Assembly: GCA_951406725.2 (NCBI GenBank) | Contig: OX597815.1 | Coordinates: 138,322,001 to 138,386,000, forward strand | Origin: Octopus vulgaris | Taxonomy: Eukaryota | Direction: 5' to 3' | DNA length: 64,000 nt | Shown here: piece by piece, positions 13,053 to 27,115 of the stretch | Layout: each line of letters opens with the position of its first letter | How positions within the stretch are numbered: position 1 is the stretch's first letter | Translations under genes and position numbers: made by a program | The notes under the pieces: model-generated | Databases searched by the model: none | What the model was told of the DNA's origin: nothing | Seen by the model: only the letters and a program-made list of their open reading frames with translations

Positions 13053-14316
13053 TCAGGTCATCCCATAAGTTCTGTCCGAATTTTGAATAAAGAAAATAAG
13101 TGATCAAATGTTATATTCATTTGAAATTTAATCATCAATGTACTTTCCCTGATTGTCTATGACTTCCTTCTATCTATTTACAAGCTTTCTAATTCCATCA
13201 ATGTAAAACTCTTTTGGTTTCAAAGCGAATAACTCTGAAATGTCAATTCCGACCTCCTCCTGGCTTGCGAAAGTTATGTCCCCCAAATGATTCTGTAAAC
13301 TACGAGACAAATGGTAGTCTGAAGTAGCAAGGTCGGAAGAATAAGGTGGATGAGGAATTTTTTCCCAACCAAGCTCTTCGATCTTCTGTGACATAATCTT
13401 TGCAGTGTGGGGTCACGCATTGTCCTAATTAAACATCATTCCTTTTCGATTCACTAAAGCGGGTCTTTTTTTCCTCAAAGCTTGGTTCAAACGCTCTAAT
13501 TGCAGACAGTAGACTTGAGCATTGATTGATGGTAACAATTCAAAGTGAATTACTCCTTTGCAATCCCACCAGATAGAGAGAAGAACCTTTTTTCCATGAA
13601 GTTCCCTTCTCGGTTGTAGTTGAGCTTATTCCCTTTTTCCAAGCCACTGTTTACAACGTTTAAAATTTCGATAGAAGATCCATTTTTCGTCACCAGTTAC
13701 AGCTCTATCCAAAAAGGGTGAAATGAGTTCGCGAGAATGGAGAGAAGAGCATATGTCAATTCGGTATTTGCGGTTGCTTTCGGACAATTCACGAGGCACC
13801 CATTTTCCAAGTTTAGGAACCTTTTCAAGTTGTTGAAGATGACGATGAACAGTTGTATGATTTAAATTAAGCTTTATTGCCAATTCTTCAACTGATAATG
13901 CTGGATTTTCTTCAAGTAATGCCTCAAGGAGCTTATCATCAAACTGTTCGATTTTCATCTTCAAGGCTGAAATCTCCACTTCTGAATTTTGCAAACCATC
14001 TTCTGCAAATTCTTTCATTCAAGCATTCTTTCCCATAAACTGAGTGTATGTTTCGTGTCGCTTCGGCTGCAGAGTTTCCTTTTTTTTGTACTCATAAAGC
14101 ATTGTATCTCAAACGCACTTTGGATACTTCCATGTTAGAAAGGGTTTTAATCAAAGAACTTTTAATTCTAATATTCTGTAAAATAATATTTAATTAGTTT
14201 AAATGTACACAAATGCATAAAAATAATTTTAATTCCATAAGACATTCTAAAATACTATTAAATTTCATTCAATTTTAAAAACGATACAATCGGACAGAAC
14301 TTAAAGGATGACCTAA
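13053..14316 (-). mobile_element. Full-length mariner transposon with disrupted transposase
   Basis: TIRs tcaggtcatcccataagttctgtccga / tcggacagaacttaaaggatgacctaa flanked by TA; motifs WVPREL, VTGDEKW, HPPYSSDLATSDY; ~1.26 kb. Confidence 0.95.
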
Positions 14317-15119
14317 TATATGTATGCAGTGTCCAAAACAGCCCATTGACCCGGATGTTGTTGCCCTTCCATTACTTTCGCAAACATTAGTAACTTTCTT
14401 CAGATGAATACAAGTCATTGGTTAAAATTACCCTAATACGACAACTTTAACACGAAATAACTTCTAAAATACAAAATTTTGTCCCAAACGTGTTCTACGT
14501 GGCATATTCAATCAGTATCCGAAGATTCAAACTGTTTAGTTAATAAAAATTAGTTAAAAATCTGTGACTTAGATTGATAAGATCCATAAATTTTATAAAC
14601 CTGGAAGTGAATACTATTAAACACCACTTTCTCTAAAATATCCTTAAGTCGAAAGGATGTTACGTTTAAGTAAAAACAAAATTTGTATTTGGAAATTCAT
14701 TCACATCCTTATTTGGATTACTCATCGTACATACAGATACAGTCTGCCCAGTAATATAATTCATTTAAGGAGTTTTAAATAGACACACATATAGGGATTC
14801 ATGGAGAGAATATATATATTTTATATATATATTTTAGTCTTGATTCAAATAGGCATGACTGCAAGAACGAATACATTAATCCAATTTAACTAATAGAAAT
14901 TCTATTTACATCTAACGTCATTTTTAGTTTTTATACCGACGAGTACAAATATGACTATTACGATTTTCTATTATGAATATCTGAGTCTTTTTGCATGAAA
15001 CAAATTGTATAGCAACATAAAAACTAGAAACTATAATCCATTTAAACATCTAATCCCCTCCATTACATAAGTATGAATGAATTTGTTGCATTGTGCTTAA
15101 AAAGTTAAATCTGATACTG

Positions 15120-15166
<47 letters not shown>

Positions 15167-15179
15167 TTAAATCCTTAAA

Positions 15180-16655
15180 AAAAAAATGTTTTAGCCCGAA
15201 GGCCGCGGCCATGCTGGGGCACCACCGCTGAATGAGCTACACTAGTTTGTGAATCCACCTCTGATACGTGGCACTTGATCAACAAGGGAGTTCGATGCTG
15301 CTGCCCGCATCCGTGTCTCCTGTCGTGAGGTAGGTTCATCTGGGACTCCCAACAAGAAGAGATCCAGTTTAGTTTTAAAGAAACCCACATCCACACCGTG
15401 TAAGTCTCTCAGGCATTTAGGGAGGATGTTAAAGAGCTGTGGTCCTCTGAAACCCAAGCTGTTGCAGTATCTGGACCTGTATTTTGATGGTGATGTTGGA
15501 ATCCTTGGCACCACGCAGCGGCGCCCGTTCTGGGTTGGAGTAACTTTGAATGCCAAAGTTTGGGACAAGACCCTCCAGGATTTTCCAGATGTATATCACT
15601 GCATATCTCTCCCGCCTCCGCTCCAGGGAGAAGAGGTTTAATACCTTCAGTCTTTCCCAGTAGCTGACATTTTGCATTGAGACGATTTTCTTTGTGTAGC
15701 TTCTCTGAGTTGCTTCGAGTTCTGCTGTTTGTTTTATATTGTGTGGTGACCAAAGTTGGGAGCAGTAGTCCAAGCGGCTGAGGACAAATGTTTTCCATAG
15801 GACCATCAGTGTCTCCTTCTCTCTTGTTCTGAAAGTTCGGAGAATCCATCCAGCTAGCTGTCTGCATTTTATCACCAGATTAGCAATATGCATTTGGAAA
15901 GATGCATCATTGCTCATGTCAATGCCCAGGTCACGCACTGATTTTGACTCAGGGATTGCAATTCTTCCTGGGCCAGTGTATCCAGTCTTCACGTCATTTA
16001 CCTTTGTGTGCCAGTAGCGCAGGGCCTGGAACTTACCTGCATTAAACTGCATGTTGTTGTCCTCAGCCCACCTGTATATTGTGTCCAGCTCATGTTGCAG
16101 ATGCGCAATATTTTCAGGGTTTTGTATTGCGTGGGAGACTTTTGTGTCATCTGCATAGCTAGCAAGGGTGGTCATCGTAGCAACTGAAGGCATGTCTGAA
16201 AGGGCCACTATGAACATCAGTGGCCCCAAGACAGTGCCCTGTGGGACACCGCTTGTTATTTGCGTTTCCTTGGAGGTGGCTCCATTGCTCACAACTGCCT
16301 GTTTTCTGTCTTTTAGGAAGTTGTGCAGCCACTCTCCAAGTTTCCCGCCTATGCCGAGACCACGCAGTTTGTGACAGATCATACCATGGTCGACTTTATC
16401 AAAGGCTTTTGCAAAGTCAAGATATATTACATCCACATTTGAGCCATTTAGTAGCTGTTTCAACACCCAGTCATAGTGTTGCAGGAGCTGTGTTAGGCAG
16501 CCTCTACCTGGTCGAAATCCATGCTGGGTGTCAGACAGTAAGTCATTTTCTTCAAGGAACATGATTAGTTTCTTACGGACTATTCGTTCCATGACTTTGC
16601 TGATGTGTGAGGTCAGAGAGATAGGCCTATAATTTTTTTTTTTTTTTTTTTTAGC
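15180..16655 (-). mobile_element. CR1-group LINE, 5'-truncated, fairly young (family A)
   Basis: Long open RT frame: NYRPISLTSH, QHGFRPGR, YLDFAKAFDKVDH, GVPQGTVLGP, YADD, RDLG, YCSQLWSP; frameshift near 15540; 3' UTR ends ~15180. Confidence 0.95.
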
Positions 16656-16656
16656 A

Positions 16657-16673
16657 TAATAATAATAATAATG

Positions 16674-16736
<63 letters not shown>
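16657..16736. repeat. (TAA)n microsatellite
   Basis: Directly visible. Confidence 0.95.
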
Positions 16737-17004
16737 GGGAGTATATCCAAACTTACAGGGAAAAATTAGATTTAGGATTAAATCAAATTTCACAGTATAA
16801 TTATAAATTACAACTATATATATATATAGTTGTATCTTGGGAGAGTCATTATACCAATATAATTAACACACATACTGGTTCAGTCACACTCCACCAGTGT
16901 TAGTTAATTGTTTAATATCCAGTTGTCTTGTGTTTGTTTATCAAGGCTCTTTCGTTGTTACTTGCAACCTTTTCAATGACTATTTACTAAGTCCGTTATA
17001 GAGG

Positions 17005-17580
17005 ATGCGTTTGTGTGTGTCTGAGATCTTGTTGCGTGCGCGTGTGTGCGTGCCAGTGTGCACGTGTATTTGTGTATGTATGCATGTGTCTATGCGTGTA
17101 TTATGTACATATATATGTATGTATTCTGCATATTCATGTGCTTATGTGTGTATGCGTGCTTGTACGTTTGTGCATGTGTATGTATGTATGTATGTATGTA
17201 TGTATGTATGTATGTGTGTGTGTTTGTGTGTTTAGCACTGCTTTCTTGTGTGCGCGTGTTTGAGTGTGTCTATGCGTGTCTATGAGTTTGTGTGAGTATG
17301 CACGTGCGCCTGTTGTGTATGCATGTGTGTCTATATGTCTTTGTGTGTATGTGAGTATGTGGAGTGTGTGTGCATATACGGTCATGTATTTCTGTCTCAT
17401 TACGTGTGTGTTTGTCTGACCGTATTACCTACCTACCTACCTACCTACCTACCTACCTACCTACCTACCTACCTACCTACCTACCTACCTACCTACCTAC
17501 CTACCTACTTACCTACCTACCTACCTACCTACCTACCTACCTACCTACCTACCTACCTACCTACCTACCTACTTGCCTAC
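17005..17580. repeat. (TG)/(TATG) low-complexity tract followed by (CCTA)n
   Basis: Directly visible; (CCTA)n spans ~17426-17580. Confidence 0.9.
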
Positions 17581-19355
17581 CTATTTACCATATTAGCTTG
17601 CTAATCTTTCCACCTATCTATCTACCAACATATTTATGTAACTAACATTCTATATAACCGACCTAACCACCTAAAACCAGTGTACTTACCTGTCTACCTA
17701 CCCATTCATTTACCTACTTGACTTCTTACTTACGAATCTACATATGTGGGTAGTATCTGTGGTATTAAGGCATCTCTACCTTATACGTGTAATTCTCTTT
17801 TAGTAGGGTAATGTTTCATTTATGAGGGAGTACTCTTGTATTTATCTAAGTGATGGGTCCTTTGGGTGCTTGGACAAAATGCAGATGTCATATTGATCTT
17901 TGGCATGTTGATAGATTGTGGTGAATGTTTCTTGTCATTATATTCTCTCTAGTGCATGTTTAGTCTCCCCGATATACTCCTAGATGTCTCCCCAATGTAC
18001 GCTGTGTTTCTGCTCTTATAAACTCCATATATCCACCTTATGCTCTAAACTACCTTTCTAGTTTTAAAGTTAATACTAGAGTTAATCTTAACATACTACG
18101 CAGTTCTCATTATATATAACTTGAAGTAAGTCTGACCCCAGACATGTGTCACACAGGCAACCGGTGTGTAAAACATGTCCTCAGATCACGTGAACAGGGG
18201 CCCGTCCGTGAAGATTTAATAGGATATGTGCATATATGATGCACTTAGTTTAGCTGGTCTATAGGCTGGATATTCTATATATGATGTATGCTGAGTAGCA
18301 TATGCACTATATAATGCGTACATCCCGTTGTGTTCTATCACTATTTTATTCAAGATACAATTGTGAATGTTCATAGACCAGGCTCTAGATAGAACAAGGG
18401 TGCAAATATTGAAACACATAAAAGAAGTTACCCTATTTCTTGTCACGTAAATGCTTATCATATGATGCATGTAACGTATATAAAGTATATGTTGTGTATA
18501 TAGTATCCATAGTATAGAGTAGTGTATAGGTGTATTTGTAGGGTATGTGGTGTATATGATGCATGAAGTGTAGTGTTGTGCTTAGAGCGTATATAGCTTA
18601 TCCCGTGTAATATGTGGTTAAGTATATGTGGTGTATAAATATTGTATGCGGTGTCGTGTGGTATACGCAGTTTGTATGTAGTGTATATGAAATATGTGGT
18701 AAATGTGCTGTGAATGATTTATGTGGTGTATAAAGTGATGTGTATATAGCGTATAAGGTATATGTAGTCCTGTATGGTATACGTAGTGTATACATAGTGT
18801 ATGTGGTATAGTGTATATATATAGTGTATATGGTGTAAATGATGTGTGGTGTATATATGATGTATGTGGTGCATATATATGGTCTATGAATAATTCAGTG
18901 TGTAAATGTGTTCTCTGGAGATTTCTTTAATGTTCTCATTTGTGCAGAATTCAAGTTTTCATACAGTTTTAATGATCGTGAATAGTGTGAATATTATGTA
19001 ATATGATCTAATTGTGGTGTTTTTCTATGTAGCACTGTTTTAGAAAAATACCTTTAATTTCAAAAGAATTTACTCTTTGCTCTATAACTCTTTTACTCGT
19101 TACAGCTCGGGAGTAGCGGTTATGCTAGGGCACATTAGTTTTGCTACATTTTCGTTACTTCAATCCTCCTGTTATATGTGGTATTTGATGAATGAGTGAG
19201 TTTGATATTGCTGCTCTCATTTATATATAAAATTAAAGTAGACAGCAGTTTGCAATATTTTACCAAAAAGGAAAATTATAATTGTCATATAAGTGTAGGC
19301 AAAGTACATATATACAAACAGACACTATAATTGTCTGAAAATGTCGTTCAAGTAT

Positions 19356-19406
19356 TCCTTATATTGAATCCAGTTTCGGTAATTTTTCTTGCCTCATCAG
19401 TAAGGA
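19356..19406 (-). ncRNA. Type I hammerhead ribozyme (unit 1 of tandem)
   Basis: Minus strand: tcctta-CTGATGA-ggcaa gaaaaa ttacc-GAAA-ctggattcaa-TA-taagga; stem I is a perfect 6 bp. Confidence 0.75.
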
Positions 19407-19693
19407 CCGGTTCTACTTCGGCAGACTTTGGGCTTAATTCTCTGTCTGTATATATTTTCATCATAGAAATCTATGGATGGTTTATCGAATCACTAATGTG
19501 CATACGTAAAATTAAAATAGACACCAGTTTGCAATGTTTTACCAAAAAGGAAAACTGTAATTGTCACTAAATGTGGCAAGGGACTTGTAATACCTAAATT
19601 GCAAGAAATAAAAGCTCAAATGCTCTAATACTATAGTCAAAGCACATATATACAAACAAGGACTACAATCGTCCGATAACGCCGTATGAGAAC

Positions 19694-19744
19694 TCTTTAT
19701 ACTTAATATAATTTCGGCAATTTCCATTGCCTCATCAGTAAGGA
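19694..19744 (-). ncRNA. Type I hammerhead ribozyme (unit 2 of tandem)
   Basis: Minus strand: tcctta-CTGATGA-ggcaa tggaaa ttgcc-GAAA-ttatattaag-TA-taaaga; stem II is a perfect 5 bp. Confidence 0.75.
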
Positions 19745-20459
19745 CTGGCTCTAGTTCCGCAGACTTCGGACTTAATTCTCTATCTGTATATATGTTTTCA
19801 TCATAGAAATATATGGTTGATTTAGCGAATTGCTAATGTGTATACATAAAATTGATTATAGTCCTTGTCTATATATATGTATACAATTATGCGCTTTGAC
19901 GACAGCGTAGAGTATTTTAGCTCTTATTATAGCAATGTAAGTGTTATAACACCCTAGTCACATTGACAATTATTTATATATATGCAACAATACTTTTGAG
20001 AGCACATATATGTATATACAAAAGTATTTTTTTGGTAATCTGAGTTATTACATATCAGTATTCATATATTCATAAATGCAGATTATCAAATTAGAGAATC
20101 AAACAGATTCGTAAAATATCAAAAAGCGTATTGACTTTACGAGAAACTTTTATGTACCAATGATTATTTAGTAAAAAATATATATGATAGTATCTACCAA
20201 AATTACACCATGAACGAAAAATATGACCATTCATCATTAAAACGTGATAACAAGTTGAGTTTTAAGATAGTGTTTATCAAAAGTATAAGTTTCTATTTCA
20301 ATATTTTTGATAGGAACTTTTTTAAAGATTTGATATATAAATTCTACTCACAAAAAATACCGGCCTCCCTCTCAAATACACAAAGATAGGCGCACATGCA
20401 AAAATACGGCCACATAAAAACACTTACACTTGCTGTTATACAGGCATAAAACATAAAAG

Positions 20460-23400
20460 AATTAATTAGTTTGTTCTGATAGAGTATAAACTATTCCATT
20501 TCCATTCTAATTTATAAGCCCCTCTTCACAGCTCACCCTCAAAAGAAACAAATTACCTTCATGGTGCTAAATGACGTTTAATTTGATACATTCGACTATA
20601 TTATTTTTATATTGTAGCAATTCAATATGAAAAATACATTTATTCTGATAATAATGATTGTTTTCGACATTCATTTTGCTGTGTGCGGACTGGCATACCA
20701 AAGAATACACCCAACGTTTTCGCTATGTGTCGTAAAATGTGGTTAAAAAGCTTCAGATAGGATTTCCACCCCGAAATCGTAAAACCCTCATCAGCAACAG
20801 CTATCGAAACAGACTGATCAAGTTCTCTCCTTCGTGGGAGTATTTCAACTGTCTGTAAGTAACATTCTATGAAGCAGTTGGAGGAAATCCTGGAGGACAG
20901 GTGAAGTTGGAAGATTGTGCAAAGGTGTCATCCATCAGGAGTAGGTAATCTCTGTTCAATCTGAGGAGGCCTATTCGGTTGGGGTCCTAGAATACTCTGT
21001 ATTTGAGGGGTGATTCTCATCAGCCATTGACCCCCTTTGGAACGGTTGTTTGCGAGTCGTGACGGCCCTGTCGGAGGTGCGTCGGCCAGATAGCGGCGAA
21101 ATCTCAACTAGTGTTTACACCTACTACTGGTCGGGGAGCTCTGATGGCTAGCATGATGGGGTTGGGGGAGTAGCAGTTCTTGTGGCCGACTGGCTGGTTA
21201 AAATGGTATCATATATAGCACCCATCAACGAGCATTTTATGCGGCTAAGGATTCAACATACACTAGGTGTCATTTTCTTGGTTGCAGTGTTTGCTCCTAA
21301 CACTGTGAATGATAAATCTGTGAGGGAGGTACTCTGCCCCAGCCGCGTTGTGCCATGGGGAGTATTCTGAACAGGAAAACGTCCTTGGTATGAGAGTCTT
21401 TAACGCGTATACAGCGATTGACAGAACGCAATATGAGAGGGATGCCAGCTTTATGAGTCGAGTACCAGGAACGAAAGTGGTGTGATGCTTCTGTATTGGC
21501 CAAAAAGAACGGACTTCGTTTTGCTCGCTTCTGAACTGCATCGCTGGACTTTATTCCAGTACTGATCCTGTGGCATAGAAGATTGACTATAGGCTTGTAG
21601 ACGGCCATTGGAGAGTCTTGCAGAACTGCAGGGTTTTCGGTGCTAGCTTCATAGGCACTGATCATAGGCTTGTGGATGTGTTGAGATTACAACTGGAGGA
21701 TAAGAGGCTGAAGGTAGCCAGTTCCAGACTGGATATCGGCAGTGTAAACAAGACGTATTTGCAGTAACTTGGGCCTGTGTTGCTTGGAGCTAGACTCTCG
21801 ACTAGACTTCTGGGAATGTGGAAAAGTCACAGGGACACCATGCTGTCGACTACTAGGGAATATGTTGGTTTCCAAAAATGGCCAAGCACACGTTTCCTTT
21901 CAAGGGAGACCCTCGCATTCGTGGAATGCAACCGTAGGGTGACACTGAGTTGAGCTCCTGAGGATTTGTTTCGGGGTCTAAGATTTAGAGCTGTCAGAAC
22001 ACTAAGGTCTGACAAGGAAGAATAGGTTCGAGAAATCTACAGGGAAGTTGAGAGTCGACTTCACACTTCAGATTAACGTGTTGCCTACAAATGAATCTCT
22101 TTACTTATGAATGCAAAGCCTTCCCATCTGTGTTCAGGAGTCTTAGACACTGCTTGAGTGCTCCTGACGGGGGAGCCCAAGCGTCTGGCTCGTTGGTATC
22201 GTACTTTGAGATGTTGTATAAATTGAACCCTTCTAGTACTGTTCTGAATACTGCGATGCCTTCAGTACAGGTGTCCAACCTGCCACACAGCTGTAATCTG
22301 CTCTGAGCAGGCGAGTTTCGTGCTGTAGTAAATCGGCTGAAGGGCGGGAAAACAGTCAGTGCTTGTGCCATCCATGGGGAGATGATCAAGAAAAGTGGGC
22401 CTGCTGCAGACTTAGGATGGATTATCTGCTGAATTTCGAACAGTGGCATAATCTCGCCTCATTAGAAGAGGAGCACTGTTATCCTTCTCTGGAAAAGTAA
22501 AGATGACCACCTGCCTGTCTGTGGCCGGAACACTTGCGGTTCACGTCAAAGAAATCATCAACTAATAGGATTATTGTTCACCGAGTACTCCTCAAACGCA
22601 GGCAGCGTTTTCGGCAGAGGCAGCTTACAGCTTATGTTAACCTCAGTGGACAGAAATGTGCTCTGGAGGATTCTAAAGCTGCGAGGTATAACTCTTTGAC
22701 TGTTTGGGCTAGCGTGGTCTTGTATACTGGAGCAGTGAGCGTAGTTCGGACTGGCACTTCAACATCTGATTTTTCAAAGTTATATCTGTGGTCAATAAAG
22801 GTTGTGTTTTGGACCCCGTTCTGTTCAGTGTCTGCATGGACTGGATTCATGACCAGATGGTGATCAATCACGGCTTGATGGTGGAGAACTCATTAGTAAA
22901 ACTGGGAATACTAACTGGATTTTGCAGACAAAGTGGTTATTCTTCCTGAGTCCCTTAATGTCCTAAGGGGTGCTTTCCTTTCACTGAGTGAAGAAGCGGA
23001 ACCACTTGGTCATTGAGTTTCTTGGATCAAGACAAATATATTGTTTTCTTTGGATTCCTATTGTAATTGAGAATGTCGAAGGTGTTGGTCGCATCACTTA
23101 AATCGTAAGTGTTAAGTGTAATCCATACCTAAAAAACGACCTGGAAGTGCTGGCGAAGTTGTTGACACATTGGATAGGGGTGTTTGGTCTTACCGATATC
23201 TGAGCGGGAGGACAAAGGTTTAAGTCTTCAGGTGTTTAGTCCTCCACGCCTTGCTCTATAGTTGCGATGCCTGGACAGTGTCTGTGGTCCTTAAGAGCCG
23301 CCTGAACTCCTTTGGCACCAGGACGCTTCAAAGGATTGTGGTTTACCACTGGTCGGATTTCGTGTCTAACCAACAGTAATTCTCAGAGACTGTGATGCAT

Positions 23401-25410
23401 TCTGTTAGTTGTATGATTCACCAGTGTCAGACACTTTGGTAATGTTTCTCGATTTTCCGAGTTGGATTCTGCGTATCGTATTCTCTTCTCTGAAGACCTG
23501 ATTGGAATGACGACTTGTGTTGGTTGGTCACTTGCCATATGGGCATAGGGGAGGAGGAAGTATCTCACTGAGATGGTGACTAACTAGGACACTACTCGAA
23601 GGCTAGACGCATACCTACATACATATTCGATTTGATACTGTTTTTAATTCGAAGTTTCCAAATATTTAAAATAATTTTTTATGTGTGAAATGCTAATATC
23701 GAACATAGAATCAATTTCCAACTATATTTTAAAGTATATTCACTTTTGCGGTTACAGACAATAACATCTCGATTAAATTATAAGCGATATCTAAGTTACA
23801 ATAGGTAAAGTTTAAGAAGATATCTTAATTTGAGAAATGTCTAATTAACAATAAGAGTCTTATCTCCTTTTATAAGTTTTCGTTATTTATCTACAGAATG
23901 TCGGAGACAAATACGTTAAATGACCGACTATACAATTCATTACTTTTACTGAATATACAAAATTTGCATCGTTAGCAGAGCATACGATGACGGATAAAAG
24001 TAAATAACTCTATGAATCAACGTCCTGAAGCATGCACCCATATTTATGTACACCAAGCAGTCTTTTCAGAAAGTTTAATGGTCGTCAATTAAATGTCTAC
24101 TCTAAAATGTTTCATTCGTACGACATCATACATACATATACACACAGATACACACATGCGAGTCGCTATAGATATATATATCTACATGTAAATACATACA
24201 TTCGTACACGCATACATAAATACACACATATGTATATGTGTAAATATAAATATATATATACATCTATATACATATGTATATTTATATATAAATATATATA
24301 TATATATATTATACACACACACACACATATGTATTAGACATAATGAAGTGAAGTCTGTCTTATCTGAATTGAAGAAAATAAATATCACCATTCATCTTCT
24401 TATAATTTTCCTCACGAGAATAGTTTTAATTACCTTCTGAAAAAGAATTGCAAGATATACTCGAGTGAGCGTATACCAAGTGAATTTATGTGTAAAAATG
24501 TGGATTTCAGTGTGTCTTATTTGCGATGTAAACTGTTCATATTTTTAGAGAAGACAAATTCACAGACCGCATAATTTCTATTTTGGCAGAGTCAAATGAT
24601 CTTATCTATTTTTGGTGCTAAAATTATTTTCACTTCATGAAGTTTCATGTTGCAAGAGAGTTTACTATAAACAAATATTTCAAATGTTGCTTCATACACT
24701 TTACAGAATATTTGATTATGTAGCACTCTGCTATCACGGATTCATATGTAAGATGTCACAGACAAACAGACATATATGCTTACATGCATATTACAAATAT
24801 ATAGGCTTCGATGAATATGTTTCATTCACAGTTTGTTTCCTCTTAGTGTTGTAAGTTCTTTTAGCAATGCAAATTTTGTACATTTTGTAACGTTAGTAAA
24901 TTCTATTCGCGGTCGTTTAAGATAAATAGCGAAGACTTGTAAAAAGAGATAAGATTCATGTTGCTAATTAGACTTTTCTGAAATTAAGATAGCTTCTTAA
25001 GCTTTACGTGTTGTAAATTAGGTATTGCCCATAACTTAATTGAGATGTTATTGTCGGTAGCCGTAAAAATAAATTTACTCTTAAATATAGTTGGACAACA
25101 ATTCTATTAATCGATATTAACTTTCTGCGCATAAGAATTTACTTAAAATTTGGAAACTTTAAATTTAAAAAATAATATGAAAAAATCTGCCGTAAATAAT
25201 TATTATCATCAGGATGAATGTATTTTTCTAATTGTATTGCTGATAATAAACATCCACTAGTCGAACGTATCAAATCAAAAGTCAGTTACCACCCTGTAAA
25301 TAATTTAATACTTTTTTGATTGAATGAACGGATTGTGTGGAAGGGCTTGGCTTGTACATTAGAAAGGAGACTGATTAGTTTACACTCTAAAAGAACAAAA
25401 TAATCAATCT
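20460..25410. mobile_element. Old fold-back element with long diverged inverted arms; left arm interrupted by an RTE LINE
   Basis: 20460-20670 is inverted relative to 25190-25410, and 23640-23895 is inverted relative to 24920-25175. Confidence 0.6.
20990..23610 (+). mobile_element. RTE-clade LINE, degraded (APE endonuclease + RT)
   Basis: YYWSG..DG..GVG and INEHFMRLRIQHTLGVIFLVAVFAP (APE); RT remnants including DFADK, a LLYSCDAW-like segment and LNSFGTRTLQRIV; heavily mutated. Confidence 0.75.
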
Positions 25411-25585
25411 TAATGGCAATTAATGTGATTAGATAGCTTGACAACTCGTACTGATTTCAAGCAATATTTTTAAATGCCTTGCTTTTCTCTTAGCTCCATT
25501 GAAATTTTAGCATTTTACATCGTTTTTTTCTTCTTCTAGTAATTTCCTGCCTTTGTATTAATGTATTAATATTTTTACGGCAGAA

Positions 25586-25988
25586 AGGCGGCGAGCTGGT
25601 AGAAACGTTAGCACGTCGGGTGAAATGCTTAGCAGTATTTTGTCTTCCGTTACGTTCTGAGTTCAAATTCCGCCGAGGTCGACTTTGCCTTTCATCCTTT
25701 CAGGGTCGATAAATTAAGTACCAGTTATGCACTGGGGTCGATGTAATCGACTTAATCCGTATGTCTGTTCTTGTTTGTCCTCTCTATGTTTAGCCCCTTG
25801 TGGATAGTAAAGAAATAGGTATTTCGTCTGTCTTTACGTTCTGAGTTCAAATTCCGCCGAGGATGACTCTACCTTTCATCCCTTCCAGATCGATAAATTA
25901 ATTACCAGTTGCGTACTGGCGTTGATCTAATCGACTAGCTTACTACCTCAAAATTTTGGACCTTGTGCCTAAAGTAGAAAAGAATATC
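25586..25988 (+). mobile_element. Dimeric tRNA-derived SINE with Nin/Deu-like domain
   Basis: Head ggcggcgagctggtagaaacgttagc..gagttcaaattcc; domain gcctttcatcctttcagggtcgataaattaagtaccag occurs twice; 12-bp TSD tttacggcagaa at 25574-25585 and 25989-26000. Confidence 0.9.
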
Positions 25989-26738
25989 TTTACGGCAGAA
26001 CTTACAATAATTTCGAAAAAGTATTTTAATTTGGTGTATCAGTAATCTGCTGAAGCTTTTCCAAATTTTACTGCAGACTGGATAAGACAGTTGATTAAGG
26101 ACGGGCGCACACACGTACACACTAGCGTGCGCGTAGAAACGTGTAGCGTTTATTTTTAAAACTCAATTGCCATAAGTGTACAATTTATTTTGCCCATAAT
26201 CAGAGCTATGCATGGCGTAAGTGGGAAATTCATTGTTAGACTTTATACAAGCACATTGTCGGAAGAAGTGAGGAGGCACTGGTAGAGTACTAACGTGGTT
26301 GTGAAGGAGGGTTATATGTTATTTTTCTCTAATGTGCTTTGCTTGAAAGGAACTAAGAATTCCATTGGAAATTTTGTGGAAGAATTGGAAATAAAAAAGG
26401 TGGTTAGGTACTTGGTGCAGAAATTAAATGTTTAAAACATTATGGTTAATATTTGAGTAATTTATTCAATAGAAAAATGTCTTTGGAGCAACAAAAGGAT
26501 TGGGTTATTTAGTTTGATTGTTTTCTTTTCGGGAGAGTAACGTGATCAAATCATACGTAATTAATTTCTACGTGTTTATGTGTGGTTCGGTGAGCTGTTG
26601 TATAAATATTATTTAGTTTGTTGAGTTTGTGTTAGTATATCGTGAGAGGGAAATGTAAAAAACAAAACAACCCAAAAAGCCCATTAATTTATTGATGTGA
26701 GGTGGTGGAAGGAGAAGAAGGGAGGTTATATGTTATTA

Positions 26739-27115
26739 CTAGCAGTATCGCCCGGCGTTGCTCAGGTTTGTAAGGGAAATAACTATAAAGCATTTTTAGA
26801 GAGTTATAGCCAAAAAATAGCAAAAAAATGGAAAAAAAATGATGGTAAATTTTTTTTGAGAGTTAAAAAAGGTGGAGTTGCGTCCCCTAGTGGTTTGGGT
26901 TTCTGATTCTCGACCCCATGTCGAATTTATCGATTTTTTTTCAGAACTGGGGGAACTTTTCAAAATTTTCGCTGCGTTAGTTTTGAATTATGACATTGGG
27001 CTATGTGTGTGTCAAGTTTCATCAGAATCGGTTGAAAGCCGTGGTCAGAGTGAGGGTACGAGAAAACAGACACACAGAAAACGCACAGACAAACTGCCGT
27101 TTATATAGAGAGAGA
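26739..27115 (-). mobile_element. Non-autonomous Helitron (copy 1)
   Basis: Minus strand 5'-TC...cctgagcaacgccggg hairpin...CTAG-3', inserted between A and T, no TSD. Confidence 0.8.

Larger units (their letters stand above)
19225..19972 (-). mobile_element. Non-autonomous HHR-containing tandem repeat (retrozyme or Penelope pLTR-like)
   Basis: Two direct units (~19225-19512, ~19505-19852), each with an HHR, followed by an inverted partial copy (19853-19972 vs 19556-19670). Confidence 0.7.

Noticed and set aside
16633-16793. Poly-Tyr/poly-Lys N-terminus of the 454-aa ORF as a fusion protein
   Set aside because: Chance read-through from (TAA)n and an expanded A-run into a 5'-truncated LINE; the sister copy reads DAQNYRP at this point.
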